NCBI GenBank assembly: GCA_937125225.1 | Contig: CAKZLE010000004.1 | Coordinates: 14,557 to 78,556, forward strand | DNA: 64,000 bases | DNA from: an uncultured Spirochaetia bacterium | GTDB taxonomy: Bacteria > Spirochaetota > Spirochaetia > CAKZLE01 | Direction: 5' to 3' | In this document: piece by piece, positions 18,260 through 28,924 of the stretch | Layout: the number at the start of each line of letters is the position of its first letter | Position numbering within the stretch: position 1 is the stretch's first letter | Notes under the pieces: model-generated | What the model saw: the letters and a program-made list of their open reading frames with translations, nothing else | Databases searched by the model: none | Told to the model about the DNA's origin: nothing | Translations under genes and position numbers: made by a program

Positions 18260-20215
18260 CTACCAACTCGTCCGAATCTGTTGATTGAGATCTAGATGAA
18301 GACGATGTTCCCCATGGGTGAAGGTCAATGCCTCAGGTTCTCTGTCTGCTGTGATCCAAGGTGAATCGAATCGGGGATAGGTAAGATTCTGTGCTTCATC
18401 GTCAATGAAGAATCCCTTCTGGTACTCCAAACTGATGATCCCTTGCGGTGAAGGATAGCTCAAGAGCCCTGATTCATAGGTCGTCTTTGCTACCTGCTCC
18501 CTTATGCGCTCCTTGAACTGTGAATAGTTCTCTCCATCTCCCTCTGATCCCACCTCAGTGATCCACCAGCTGTCTTTTCCCTCTAATATCAGATCATCTG
18601 GGGTCTGCTCAGAGGTAAGATGTAGGAGATCACTTCCGATCAACGCTATATAAGCGGTTCCTGACCTCCCGAAGGCTATAGTTCCCTCTATGGTGGCTTC
18701 ATCGAACCTGTCCATGGGAAACCATGCATGCGTATATGGCAGTAGTTCTTTCTCAACGATTTCCTTCCGCTTTGGGAGTCTGTAGATGGACAGATTGATG
18801 TTCTTCGTCTGTACCGTATGGGGAATATGGCCATAACCTACCCAATAAGCTGGTGAGTTCGTATGCACACCATGTTGTCCCTCTTCTACGGCAGGATGGG
18901 TATGAAATACCATCAGGTCATTACGCAAGGTGACCCCGAATAGATGGTGTTGATCACCGAAGGTTCCCGGATGATAGGACTGAGCAGTATACATCATATA
19001 CTCAGGGGTCCTATAGGTATAGGTATTCGCCCTCTGGATAGCGATCCCATCAGTCTGTGGCGATATGAGTCTTGCTAATGGGCTTAGGAGTCTCATCTTG
19101 AGTAGGAGGTCATAGTTGATGTCAGTGAAAGCGTGAAGATCGCTGTGAGAGAATAGCTGTTGGTCCCTGATATAGGACAAGGAGTTCTCAATGATCTCGG
19201 GATTGGTAAAGGCTTCCATCCCCCATTGCATCATGATCTGGTGGTCCTCATGTCCTATGAGATCTTTGGCTCTTAACTCCTTCAGATCAAGTCCCGTTGA
19301 GGCCTTGATCTCGGATGTTCCTGAGTCTTTAGCGATAGCTTTACATACTTCAGGTATCTGGTAGTTGTCACAGAGAAGGAAGGTCTGGAGCATGTGAGCT
19401 CCTAGGTCTGGACTTTCGTCCCAGAACACTCGCATGAATTTCTCCATGATAGACCCATCATCATATTTACGATCATGTTCGTAGGCCCTCCCGCTCGAAC
19501 TGATGAAGGTGCCCTGAAAAGACTGGCTCGCCATATCATAGAGCAGAAGGTCCATGATCGCTGTTGCTTTAAAGACTATCTCCTCATCTTCAGCATAGGA
19601 TATGAGGGCCGCAAGAGCTGAGATATCCTCTTTGTAGTAGGTGTTGGAGTACCATTCTGTGAACCCATGATCCCAACGGAATCCAAGCCAAGTCAGTATA
19701 CGTTCTCTTGCTCGCTGCTCATGATCGATCCCGGAAAGACCGGTATTCGTGAAGGTCTCTTGCCGAAAGAGTTGCCCGGAGAGGTATTCTCCTGTAGCTC
19801 CTAGGATCTGATGATTCTCACTCCAGTAGACCATGGAATCTTCACCGGGATCAGTGATCCAGTATTTATAGTGGAGGAGAGCCTCTTTGAGGGTCGAGAG
19901 ATCTACAGCCTTCAGGTGATCAGGGAATTCATAGAGGAGAGCAAGGATAGAGGGCAGTCGGAAGTCAGAGGTATCCTGGCGTGAGTCCAAGAAGGCTGCA
20001 GTCTCCTCGATCTGTAATGAGTCATATTCTCTACCTTGTCTGATATCATAGAGGACTTGATCAGTCCATCTAGAATCCTTGAACCAGGTCTCTGTAGATC
20101 GTACTACTGATACGGACTCATTGCTCTTCTTATCAGCTAGAATTGACCAAGAGATGCTGATCAGGATCGTAAGGATTCCTATGATCAAGATTCTTCTTAT
20201 CCATGTTCTTTTCAA
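18260..20215 (-). CDS. Exported hypothetical protein, heparinase II/III-like architecture
   Basis: N-terminal signal/TM; YWSENHQI and GFTEWYSNTYY motifs; helical N-half and beta-rich C-half. Confidence 0.6.
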   Translation of the reverse strand: MKRTWIRRILIIGILTILISISWSILADKKSNESVSVVRSTETWFKDSRWTDQVLYDIRQGREYDSLQIEETAAFLDSRQDTSDFRLPSILALLYEFPDHLKAVDLSTLKEALLHYKYWITDPGEDSMVYWSENHQILGATGEYLSGQLFRQETFTNTGLSGIDHEQRARERILTWLGFRWDHGFTEWYSNTYYKEDISALAALISYAEDEEIVFKATAIMDLLLYDMASQSFQGTFISSSGRAYEHDRKYDDGSIMEKFMRVFWDESPDLGAHMLQTFLLCDNYQIPEVCKAIAKDSGTSEIKASTGLDLKELRAKDLIGHEDHQIMMQWGMEAFTNPEIIENSLSYIRDQQLFSHSDLHAFTDINYDLLLKMRLLSPLARLISPQTDGIAIQRANTYTYRTPEYMMYTAQSYHPGTFGDQHHLFGVTLRNDLMVFHTHPAVEEGQHGVHTNSPAYWVGYGHIPHTVQTKNINLSIYRLPKRKEIVEKELLPYTHAWFPMDRFDEATIEGTIAFGRSGTAYIALIGSDLLHLTSEQTPDDLILEGKDSWWITEVGSEGDGENYSQFKERIREQVAKTTYESGLLSYPSPQGIISLEYQKGFFIDDEAQNLTYPRFDSPWITADREPEALTFTHGEHRLHLDLNQQIRTSW

Positions 20216-20582
20216 CGGGACACACTCCTAGATTCGTAAAGATGAACAAAGTAGTATCAACCCTCTTTCGTATCATCCCTTGGTATCGACACACTGAGCA
20301 TCTGTAAGGAGCTCTTGTTTCCTATAGATTCTATATGAGTTGTAATCTCTAGCAAAGGAGAGTTTAAGAATATCGGGGAAGTTTTATATTAAAAAGTGTT
20401 CCTTTGAGAAAAGAGCCCGTAACTTATATAGAACATGCTAGCCTCTAACCTAAACATAGTAGTCAGGGCCAGATTGCACTTTTCGCATAGTCTCGTCTTT
20501 CGTATGAGTGTTTGATGAGAAAAAGTATATACCATGCTATACTTCTAGTATCTGGAAATTACAATGAATGGAGTAATCTCAT

Positions 20583-21452
20583 ATGGTATTGGATATTAGG
20601 ACGTTGTCTTTAACTTCGAGCATCATCAGCATTGCCCTTGCAGCGGTCATGATGCATATCCATACGACCCATAAGACCTATCATGGTTTCAACTATTGGG
20701 TAGTTGCCGCTATTTCCATGATCCTGGGGTTATTTCTCATGAGTATGCGGGGTTTTATTCCTGATCTGTTTACCATCGTGCTCGCTAACTTACTCATGCT
20801 AGCTCACTATGCATTGGTGATGCATGGTTTGATTATCTTTTTGAATCGGCAAAGTAAGATCTGGGTATATGTTATTATGACATTATTGTACCTTGTCATG
20901 ATCCTGTTCTTTACCTATGTGAGCCCCAACATATCTGTGAGGATCGTCGTTGTCACCATCTTATCAATGATCTTCTATCCCATCTCCTTGATTCATATAC
21001 AGAAGTACTCTAAAGATATTAGAATCGACCCGAATTTTCTCCTGATAGTCACTTTCATCATATTGATCTTATATAGCCTGTTTCGAATCATCTATACACT
21101 CTTCTATGAAGATCATATCTCTGACTTCATGGTAGCCTCTGCCATACAGGGGATAATGTTTCTCGTTATCATCTTTACGAATATCACTATGTTCATCGGG
21201 TTGATCATGTTGAACCAACAAGCCATAGAACGTGATTATTTGGAAGGTGAAGCGGAAATACAATCTTTGAGAGGAGTGATCCCGATATGTATGCATTGTA
21301 AGGAGATCAGGGATGATGATGGGTATTGGCAACAACTCGAGCAGTATATCTCAGATCATGCAGATGTACAGTTCAGCCATGGTATCTGTGATAAGTGTCT
21401 AGAAAAATACTATTCAGGAATCTATCCGACCATATCTGATGAGGATGAATAG
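20583..21452 (+). CDS. 7TM membrane sensor fused to a C-terminal Cys4 domain
   Basis: Seven hydrophobic segments, then LRGVIPICMHCKEIRDDDGYW...FSHGICDKC. Confidence 0.8.
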   Translation: MVLDIRTLSLTSSIISIALAAVMMHIHTTHKTYHGFNYWVVAAISMILGLFLMSMRGFIPDLFTIVLANLLMLAHYALVMHGLIIFLNRQSKIWVYVIMTLLYLVMILFFTYVSPNISVRIVVVTILSMIFYPISLIHIQKYSKDIRIDPNFLLIVTFIILILYSLFRIIYTLFYEDHISDFMVASAIQGIMFLVIIFTNITMFIGLIMLNQQAIERDYLEGEAEIQSLRGVIPICMHCKEIRDDDGYWQQLEQYISDHADVQFSHGICDKCLEKYYSGIYPTISDEDE

Positions 21453-21557
21453 AACTGACTAGAAAGGTCCTGAAACTCTCCTTACTGTGAAGCTTCACTG
21501 TTGGCTATCATATGATTTAAATAAACCTCAAAGGTATCAATAGTAGGAGAGGGATCT

Positions 21558-22625
21558 ATGCGTGAGATTCAGAAGACATTACAAGCTGTCTTAGATAAGA
21601 CTGTAGCAACAGACAAAGTCTTTGGGACATCCTTTGCTATAGAACAAGGCGATCTTATATGGTCAGGGGCCTCAGGTGATCTTTCGAAGGATCAATCATA
21701 TTTTATTGCCAGTACCACAAAGCTTTTCACCACTGCGATGATATTACAGCTCCAAGCAAGGGGAGATCTCGCTCTTGAAGATAGGGTCAGTAACTACTTG
21801 GATGAGAGTGTGTTGCTCGGGTTACACCTGTTCAAGGGGCAAGATTATTCAAGGGAGTTGACGATCAAAGAGCTACTTGCCCATACCTCTGGGCTCCCCG
21901 ACTATTTTCAGGGGAAAGGAGATCATGGGAAAAGTCTGGAAGATGAGATAACCCAGGGATATGATCAGTCCTGGACTTTTGACGAATCTATTGAGAGAAC
22001 GAAGAAGATGCGCCCTCTATTTGCCCCAGGGACAAAGAATAAAGCACACTATTCTGATGCGAACTTTCAATTATTAGGGAGGATCATCGAAGTCATCACG
22101 CATAGAACTTTCTGCGAGAATTGCATTGATCTGATCACTGGACCACTTGGATTAGAAAAGACCTACCTGTATCAAGACCCTTCTGACAAGAGGCCGAAGA
22201 GACTCTACTATAAAGAGAAAGAACTGATCATTCCCAAAGCTATGGTCTCCTTTGGAGCAGATGGGGCAGTGGTCTCGACTTCTGCTGATATGCTGGTTTT
22301 CATTGAAGGCTTCTTTACCGGTAGACTATTCCCGCTAGAGTATCTGAGCTCATTGCAGGAGTGGAACCGGATCTTCTATCCTATGCGTTCGGGTATTGGT
22401 ATCCACCTATTCAGACTTCCATGGCTGGTCAATCCGGCCGGTTCCATACCCTACTTCATAGGACATTCAGGTCTTTCCGGGGCATTGGCATTCTATAGTC
22501 CCAAAGAGAACCTCTATATTGCCGGTACAGTGAACCAGGTGGCACATCCCGATATCTCCTTCAAGACAATGATCAAGCTAGCACAAGTATTGTTAAAAGG
22601 TAAGAATAAAAGTAAAGGGGCTTGA
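21558..22625 (+). CDS. Serine hydrolase, beta-lactamase family
   Basis: IASTTK (SxxK), LLAHTSG, YSDANF, GHSG. Confidence 0.9.
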   Translation: MREIQKTLQAVLDKTVATDKVFGTSFAIEQGDLIWSGASGDLSKDQSYFIASTTKLFTTAMILQLQARGDLALEDRVSNYLDESVLLGLHLFKGQDYSRELTIKELLAHTSGLPDYFQGKGDHGKSLEDEITQGYDQSWTFDESIERTKKMRPLFAPGTKNKAHYSDANFQLLGRIIEVITHRTFCENCIDLITGPLGLEKTYLYQDPSDKRPKRLYYKEKELIIPKAMVSFGADGAVVSTSADMLVFIEGFFTGRLFPLEYLSSLQEWNRIFYPMRSGIGIHLFRLPWLVNPAGSIPYFIGHSGLSGALAFYSPKENLYIAGTVNQVAHPDISFKTMIKLAQVLLKGKNKSKGA

Positions 22626-22745
22626 ATCATTTTGGGATAGATCAGAAATGGTAGGGTGAATCAAGAAAATAGAGACCTTTTTCTAGCGCTTCAAGAAGCT
22701 AGTCCATGAGGTGAATTCAAACTCAGAATGAATAGAGCTACGAAG

Positions 22746-23096
22746 TCAGACCCTAAGGATCTTATCCATGGGTTTCCCCTTTGCCAACTCATCGATGAGC
22801 TTATCAAGATACCGGATCTCACGCATGATGGGGTCTTCGACTTCTTCGACACGAACCCCACAGACGGTCCCAGTGATCAGAGTCCTCGAAGGGTTCAATT
22901 GTGGGCTCTCTTTAAAGAAGCTCTCAGCATCTACTCCTTGCTCGATCTGACTCTCTATGGCCTCCTGGCTATATCCCGTCAGCCATCGCAGGATTTTATC
23001 AACCTCTTCTTTGGTACGGCCTTTCCTCTCTGCTTTATTGATATACAGAGGATACAATCGAGAAAAAGCCATAGAAAGAACTTTATTTTTACTCAT
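22746..23096 (-). CDS. DUF2200 family protein
   Basis: [14 protein letters not shown]...[12 protein letters not shown]...[15 protein letters not shown]. Confidence 0.9.
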   Translation of the reverse strand: MSKNKVLSMAFSRLYPLYINKAERKGRTKEEVDKILRWLTGYSQEAIESQIEQGVDAESFFKESPQLNPSRTLITGTVCGVRVEEVEDPIMREIRYLDKLIDELAKGKPMDKILRV

Positions 23097-23359
23097 AATA
23101 TACATCCTTGACTTAAAAGTAATTCCTCTTGATATGAGTCGTCAATGGTCGGGATGGTATAAGATGAACGAGACCTATAAGATTCTCCTAGAGGAATGCT
23201 ACCTAGATGAGCTATTTAAACTTTCATGGGGTGATATTATGAAAAGGAATAGTCTTCTTGATCATAGAACAGTTCATACTATGGCTGTGTTCGTAGTGTA
23301 TCAGTAGTTAGTTCTGTTGAAAGATGCAGGTGGGTAGGCAAGTTACATTAAGAATGACT

Positions 23360-23383
23360 TGCTACGGGTTTACACCCGTAGCA
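23360..23383. terminator. Hairpin downstream of the 23395-23838 gene
   Basis: TGCTACGGG-tttaca-CCCGTAGCA. Confidence 0.55.
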
Positions 23384-23394
23384 GTGAAGTAATA

Positions 23395-23838
23395 CTAAAA
23401 CTTCTTGAATATGCTCTTTACTACACTATTCTTTGTTTCATTAGCTTTTTTAAGTACTTCCTGTTTGACAGATTCTTCTACTAAGAATTTGACCATATCT
23501 TCTGTACCTTCTCTACGAGTCAAGTAATCGATAGCACTCATATCTGTTTGATAATTCATCTTATGGATACTAGGGAAATAGGTAGCGATGGTCTCTAGTA
23601 CTTCAATATTTGTAGTATAACGAGCAGCGATCATGAGAATAGAATCTCCACTCATGATTGATACATCGATATCTCCACCACGAGATTTCTCTTTTTCAAG
23701 ATAGGTCTTGATGGCATCGCTGTCATCGATATTTTCCACGATGAATTGATATGCTTCTTCGTTATCCTTCTCTACGGTCATACAACCGGATAAGAGTGTC
23801 ACTGCTACTAAGAGAACCAATAGTATTCGTTTTTTCAT
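23395..23838 (-). CDS. Hypothetical lipoprotein with ankyrin-like segment
   Basis: LLSGC lipobox; GDSILMIAARY...MSAIDYL. Confidence 0.65.
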   Translation of the reverse strand: MKKRILLVLLVAVTLLSGCMTVEKDNEEAYQFIVENIDDSDAIKTYLEKEKSRGGDIDVSIMSGDSILMIAARYTTNIEVLETIATYFPSIHKMNYQTDMSAIDYLTRREGTEDMVKFLVEESVKQEVLKKANETKNSVVKSIFKKF

Positions 23839-24261
23839 GTTTTCATTCCTTTTTTGTGATTTTTATTAGGATATTGTAGAGTATAACAACATAATTAGCA
23901 AGGATTGAGTTTTAGCATAACTTTATGATTAGAATGCTCTACCCATTGACTAGTGAGACCGATATATAGGGTAATCGTTGTTGAGGAGCGGCTGTAATCA
24001 TGAAGATTCACTTTGATCGTTCTCACTTCAATAATATAGGCTTAGTAAGCTTCCTGATGAATTACCCAACACCAGAAGCTACGCTCTACGAAAAATGTGA
24101 TATGATAAGCTATGGAAAAGGAACTCTCTCATCTGTGATATAGGAAATATGAGGAAGAGCTGATCGATAAAGTTCAACAGTAGGGTGCTCGTCTGTTTTT
24201 CCGGCTAGAGTAGGCCACCTTATTGGGGAGGGAGTGTATTAGATGCATACGGAGGATAACC

Positions 24262-25521
24262 ATGCCAAATGTAAAAGAACTACTTGAAAGTGCTAAAAAA
24301 GAGTTTGATCTGACTGAACCTGCAGATCAGGAAAGTTTGTACGCTCTCACCTCTGCCTTACTCGAACAACCTGAACTGACTGATTCTCTATTACAGGAAA
24401 CAGCCCGACAACCTGATGCTCCGCTTGAATTCAGACTTGCAGTTAAGTTGGTAATCTCTAGACGCTATGCCTTGAGTATGAATGAACCGATCAACATCGG
24501 TGTGGTCTTTGCCATGTGGGGTGAACATAATAGATTATATGCAAAAAATGACAATAATCCTCATGGTGAAGATTCCTTACGTACCAAGCTCGAGCAGTTG
24601 AATTGGGTGACCGAAGGGACCCCAATCGAGTGGACTCTCTATGCAGTAGATGACGGGTGTCCTCACGACAGCGGAAAGATCGCTCAGGAAATAGCAGATA
24701 CACATCTCTTAGGGGACAAGGTGAAGGTCCTGTTCCTTAGTGATGCTATACCTGCATCGAGTGGGCCTCTAAAAGAACTTGAATCGGTGAACGACTCACG
24801 GAAAGCAGGTGCGATCATCCTCGGTTGTATGCAGGCAATCTCCGATGATAAGGATGCAGTCGTTTACACCGATGCTGATAATTCGGTCCACTTGGGACAA
24901 CTCGGGTTGTTACTGAAGCCCTATATTGAAGAAGACTATCGGATCATATTGGGTAATCGTAAACATCCCGATGCCGTACTCGTAAAACAGGAGGGACGAT
25001 GGGGGATCGGTATCAAGGTTCTGAGGCACATGCAACGGATGGTGGGCCAGGCGATCTTCTCACGTGACATATTGGATACTCAGGCTGCTTTCAAACTCTA
25101 TGAGTGCGATCTTTTGGAGAAGATCATTGCACACCCTACCGTGTTTGACTTTTCCTTCGATACCGATTGGATATTAGCTGCTATTAGCATGGAAGAGTCC
25201 TTTGCTAAGGTTCCTTTTGCGTTCATCGACTCCTTTGCAGAATCAGCTTCGATAACACAAGGGCCTATGACGACCTGGGAGACTTTGTTGAAGGGTTTGG
25301 TCAAGGCTGTACGGCGACATGGGGTACCTCATAACGAAGAGATGGCTCGTCTACTTGATGAAGAGATCAAGAGTTCAGCAGATCTGGATCTGCTGATCCA
25401 TCATCTACCACAGGAGTTGGAACATGCGAGCGCAGAAGCTCTAGGTGACCCAGCGTTGATGTCTCCAGAGTCTTTGCAGGTTTGGATTCAGCAGCGCAAG
25501 AAGGATGCAAGGAATCAGTAG
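24262..25521 (+). CDS. Glycosyltransferase family 2-like (Alg5/Dol-P-glucosyltransferase-like)
   Basis: AVDDGC, YTDAD DxD motif, DTQAAFKLY, FSFDTD; SD GGAGG before ATG 24262. Confidence 0.78.
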   Translation: MPNVKELLESAKKEFDLTEPADQESLYALTSALLEQPELTDSLLQETARQPDAPLEFRLAVKLVISRRYALSMNEPINIGVVFAMWGEHNRLYAKNDNNPHGEDSLRTKLEQLNWVTEGTPIEWTLYAVDDGCPHDSGKIAQEIADTHLLGDKVKVLFLSDAIPASSGPLKELESVNDSRKAGAIILGCMQAISDDKDAVVYTDADNSVHLGQLGLLLKPYIEEDYRIILGNRKHPDAVLVKQEGRWGIGIKVLRHMQRMVGQAIFSRDILDTQAAFKLYECDLLEKIIAHPTVFDFSFDTDWILAAISMEESFAKVPFAFIDSFAESASITQGPMTTWETLLKGLVKAVRRHGVPHNEEMARLLDEEIKSSADLDLLIHHLPQELEHASAEALGDPALMSPESLQVWIQQRKKDARNQ

Positions 25522-25827
25522 ATAAGACTGGTGAGTTAGTGCTTGCCGGTCATGAAAAAGGGAATAGGAGCGATTTTTCGATTCTGAAGTAGCCAGGAAT
25601 AGGTGAGAACGATATAGATGACGTGAAACCTCTGTTCAGCACTAACCTTTTCGTCCTCATAAGCGGTGATTAACTCCCTGTCTCACTGCTAATCTTCTCA
25701 AGGAGTGAACCAATAGTTGATTATTAGTAAAAAGAGTAGAGACATCAAGATACCGCTTGTTGAGTATTACTAGATAACCTGTTAGAGTTCCCGGACTAAA
25801 CATATCTTAAAGGGTTTTTAAAAATTA

Positions 25828-27483
25828 ATGAAACAAAAGAATAATTTTCTCTTTTCAATACGGATTTCCAAACCAAGAAATCTGAAAAATGACTTTCTAT
25901 CTGGTATTACTGTCTCCCTGGCTTTAGTCCCTGAGGCTATAGCCTTTGCCTTCATTCTCGGTATAGATCCAGTCATCGGACTGTATGCAGCATTTATGAT
26001 GGGACTCGTCACTGCTCTGATCGGAGGGCGCCCAGGTATGATCTCCGGGGCTACCGGAGCGGTTGCTGTGATTCTAGCTCCCTTGATCCGAGAGAGGGTC
26101 GCCCTTGGAGGCATGGAATCAGCTTTGGGATATCTGTTTGCAGCAGTAGTGCTGATGGGGATCATCCAAGTCCTCTTCGGAGTACTCAAGCTGGGAAAAT
26201 TCATTCGACTCGTCCCTCATCCTGTTATGCTCGGCTTTGTGAACGGTCTTGCGATCGTCATATTCCGTTCGCAGTTCGAGATGTTCGAACTCAGCCATGA
26301 CCTCCCTTCAGAACAGAAAATACTGATCTGGACAGTCATGGGAGTCTTGATCCTGCTGACAATGGCAATAAGCTATCTTATGCCTAAGATCACCAAGGCT
26401 GTACCGGCGACCTTGACTGCTATGGTTGTGGTCAGCTTGATCAGTCTCATACTGAATAACCTAGGAATAGTGGAAGTCACGACTGTTTTAGATTTCGTTC
26501 AGGGTAAAGATCCTTCTAAGCTGACACTCGCTGCAGCTCTACCTCGATTTGCAATTCCTCATATTCCCCTCTCGCTAGAGGCCTTCAGAATCATTCTACC
26601 ATATTCTATACTGGCAGCCTCTGTTGGGTTGATCGAGTCTCTGATGACTCTGACTCTTGTGGATGAGCTTACCGAGACGCGAGGCTTCGGTAATCAGGAA
26701 TGTGTCGGTCAGGGTATTGCAAATATCTTGAACGGCTTCTTTGGTGGTATGGGCGGCTGTGCCATGATCGGTCAGAGTATCATCAATATCAGGGCTGGTG
26801 GTCGAGGGAGGACCTCGGGTATAACAGCCGCAGTAGCTCTACTGGGTTTTATCCTCTTCGGCGCACCGCTTATCGAGCAGATTCCATTAGCAGCTCTTGT
26901 CGGGGTGATGTTCATGGTAGTCATCGGTACTTTCGAATGGTCGAGTTTTCGTGTGATGAAGAGCATTCCTAAATCGGATGCATTAGTCATCGTAGTCGTC
27001 TCAGTCATTACCGTCGTAACCAATCTTGCCATAGCTGTGGCAGTCGGGATCATCTTCTCTGCACTCGTGTTTGCGTGGGAAAAGGGAAAGAAGATGGAGG
27101 CCACTCCGTTTACCGATCAGTTCGGTTCGAGAATCTATCCGTTAGAAGGAGCATTGTTCTTCGGGTCTGTACAGTCCTTCAAAGATCTCTTTGATTATAC
27201 TCAGGATCCACTCGATATCGTCATAGACTTTGATAAGGCCCATGTACACGATCATTCCGGTCTTGAAGCTATCAACTTCGTAGCAGAGAAATATGGTCAA
27301 CAGGGCAAGAAACTGCATCTGCTGAATCTGAGTGATGAATGTCGGGATCTCCTAAGCAAGGCGGAGAATATCGTAGAGGTGACCATAATAGAAGATGCCC
27401 ATTACCAGCTAGCTGACGATCAGCTCGCTTGGCAGGGGTTACGTTTGAAAGAGAGATTGAAAAGGACTATGGCAAGCTTGTAG
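25828..27483 (+). CDS. SulP family inorganic anion transporter with STAS domain
   Basis: ALVPEAIAF, GGRPGMISGATGA, GGMGGCAMIGQS, LFFGS...DHSGLEAI. Confidence 0.95.
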   Translation: MKQKNNFLFSIRISKPRNLKNDFLSGITVSLALVPEAIAFAFILGIDPVIGLYAAFMMGLVTALIGGRPGMISGATGAVAVILAPLIRERVALGGMESALGYLFAAVVLMGIIQVLFGVLKLGKFIRLVPHPVMLGFVNGLAIVIFRSQFEMFELSHDLPSEQKILIWTVMGVLILLTMAISYLMPKITKAVPATLTAMVVVSLISLILNNLGIVEVTTVLDFVQGKDPSKLTLAAALPRFAIPHIPLSLEAFRIILPYSILAASVGLIESLMTLTLVDELTETRGFGNQECVGQGIANILNGFFGGMGGCAMIGQSIINIRAGGRGRTSGITAAVALLGFILFGAPLIEQIPLAALVGVMFMVVIGTFEWSSFRVMKSIPKSDALVIVVVSVITVVTNLAIAVAVGIIFSALVFAWEKGKKMEATPFTDQFGSRIYPLEGALFFGSVQSFKDLFDYTQDPLDIVIDFDKAHVHDHSGLEAINFVAEKYGQQGKKLHLLNLSDECRDLLSKAENIVEVTIIEDAHYQLADDQLAWQGLRLKERLKRTMASL

Positions 27484-27523
27484 CCCGGTGAATCCTTATT
27501 TGAGCATGAGAATAGTCATTTGA

Positions 27524-28687
27524 CTATTCTCTCTTTGGAAGATACCTTGTCACTGCACCTGTGTAGTAATTGTTGATCCATTTATCTGTTTTCCCATAGT
27601 CTGCATAGAGTAACTGTAAGTCGGTGATCAGACCGATGAGATACTGGAACCACTCAAGTCGTAGGGGATTCTGCCATGCAACCACGACCTCATCATAAAA
27701 ACTCTTTAGACCTTCTGCCTGTTCAGCAGTAGGAAAGTCTCGATCAGTCGTCGTGAAGGGTGACCAGTAGTAGGGAAGAACCTTCTCGATATCCGGGTGG
27801 AGAGCGAACTCTTTTGTGGCTCGTCTCCAGGACGCTAGATCATTAGCTCCTGTCCTTAAGAACTCCTCGGTCAAGGAGAGGAGCATCTTATCAGTCACAT
27901 AGAGTCCGGTCGGGTTGATCATGAAACCAGTCAACCTGTCAGTGAATTCTTTGTCTCTACCGAGCATAGGACCTATGAAGATACGATAGGGAGTATAGTC
28001 GTTGGCATAGTAGTTATCCCAGATGATCAGATTGTCTTTGAACAATTCTCTGATCCTCCCTGTATTCGACTCACCGATCGTCTCTGAGACCACCTGATCA
28101 CCAGTCCAGAATATTGGGATATCATCGGGGATGATCGCTGCCAGGTCTTTGATATAGTCCGAATCTGCAGCTTCACCCTCGACAAAATAATCAGAATAGA
28201 CTGTAGGACAGAAAAGAAGATCACAAGTAGGTTCTACTTTACGTAGATCTGATTGGAGTCTTATCAAGAGCTTCCCATGGGCATCCCCTAAAGAGTTGAA
28301 ACTCCCCTGACACGTCGAAGGTAACTCTGGTACAAGATCATCCATGAGTAGCGCCATGATGGTGATACCCATTTCGAAGTAGCGTTCGAATTTGCCCAGG
28401 AGTATCGCATAATGCTCATCAGAAAGGTAATCATATGAGAGTCCGGGGGCTAGGGCCGGGACCACATCGATATCTAAGGACCTTCCTTTGGAGGCCAACT
28501 CCTCAAGCACTCTCTGTTCGGATGCAGGATAAGGGACTTTCCACTGTACTCGATGGTAGGGATCCTCTTTTGGAGCGTAGAGGTAGGTATTCATGTTTAA
28601 GAGGCTTAGATGTTCGAGTATACCTATTCTCTGTTCATGAGAGAGTATCCTCCCAAAATAACCTTCAATATAACCAGTTCTCTTCAT
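27524..28687 (-). CDS. GH84 beta-N-acetylglucosaminidase (O-GlcNAcase/hyaluronidase-like), no signal peptide
   Basis: GYIEGYFG, YLYAPKEDPYHR, LLMDD catalytic pair, FCPTVY, WTG, IWDNYYAND. Confidence 0.9.
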   Translation of the reverse strand: MKRTGYIEGYFGRILSHEQRIGILEHLSLLNMNTYLYAPKEDPYHRVQWKVPYPASEQRVLEELASKGRSLDIDVVPALAPGLSYDYLSDEHYAILLGKFERYFEMGITIMALLMDDLVPELPSTCQGSFNSLGDAHGKLLIRLQSDLRKVEPTCDLLFCPTVYSDYFVEGEAADSDYIKDLAAIIPDDIPIFWTGDQVVSETIGESNTGRIRELFKDNLIIWDNYYANDYTPYRIFIGPMLGRDKEFTDRLTGFMINPTGLYVTDKMLLSLTEEFLRTGANDLASWRRATKEFALHPDIEKVLPYYWSPFTTTDRDFPTAEQAEGLKSFYDEVVVAWQNPLRLEWFQYLIGLITDLQLLYADYGKTDKWINNYYTGAVTRYLPKRE

Positions 28688-28924
28688 CTCCTGAACCCTC
28701 CGATATATAGTAGTAATCAAGTCTTATTCTAATACATTTTTCTTGATTCGAGAAGAAAAGAACGATTTGCCACATAGCTGAGTAATGTTAAGCTTACAGC
28801 TACTTATGTTAGCATCCCCTTTACTCAAGGCTGAAGAACGTGAGATAATTATTTCAGACGTTGATTTAAGGGAATTCCCTACTTGCATGCGTCTTAAAAC
28901 AAATTTGCTAAAACGGAGGATTTG

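Noticed and set aside
24000..24143. 47-codon ORF after GAGGAG
   Set aside because: Long SD spacing and no recognisable motif
25600..25720. c-di-AMP-like riboswitch upstream of SulP
   Set aside because: Only a vague CAGC..TAACC resemblance; the conserved core is missing
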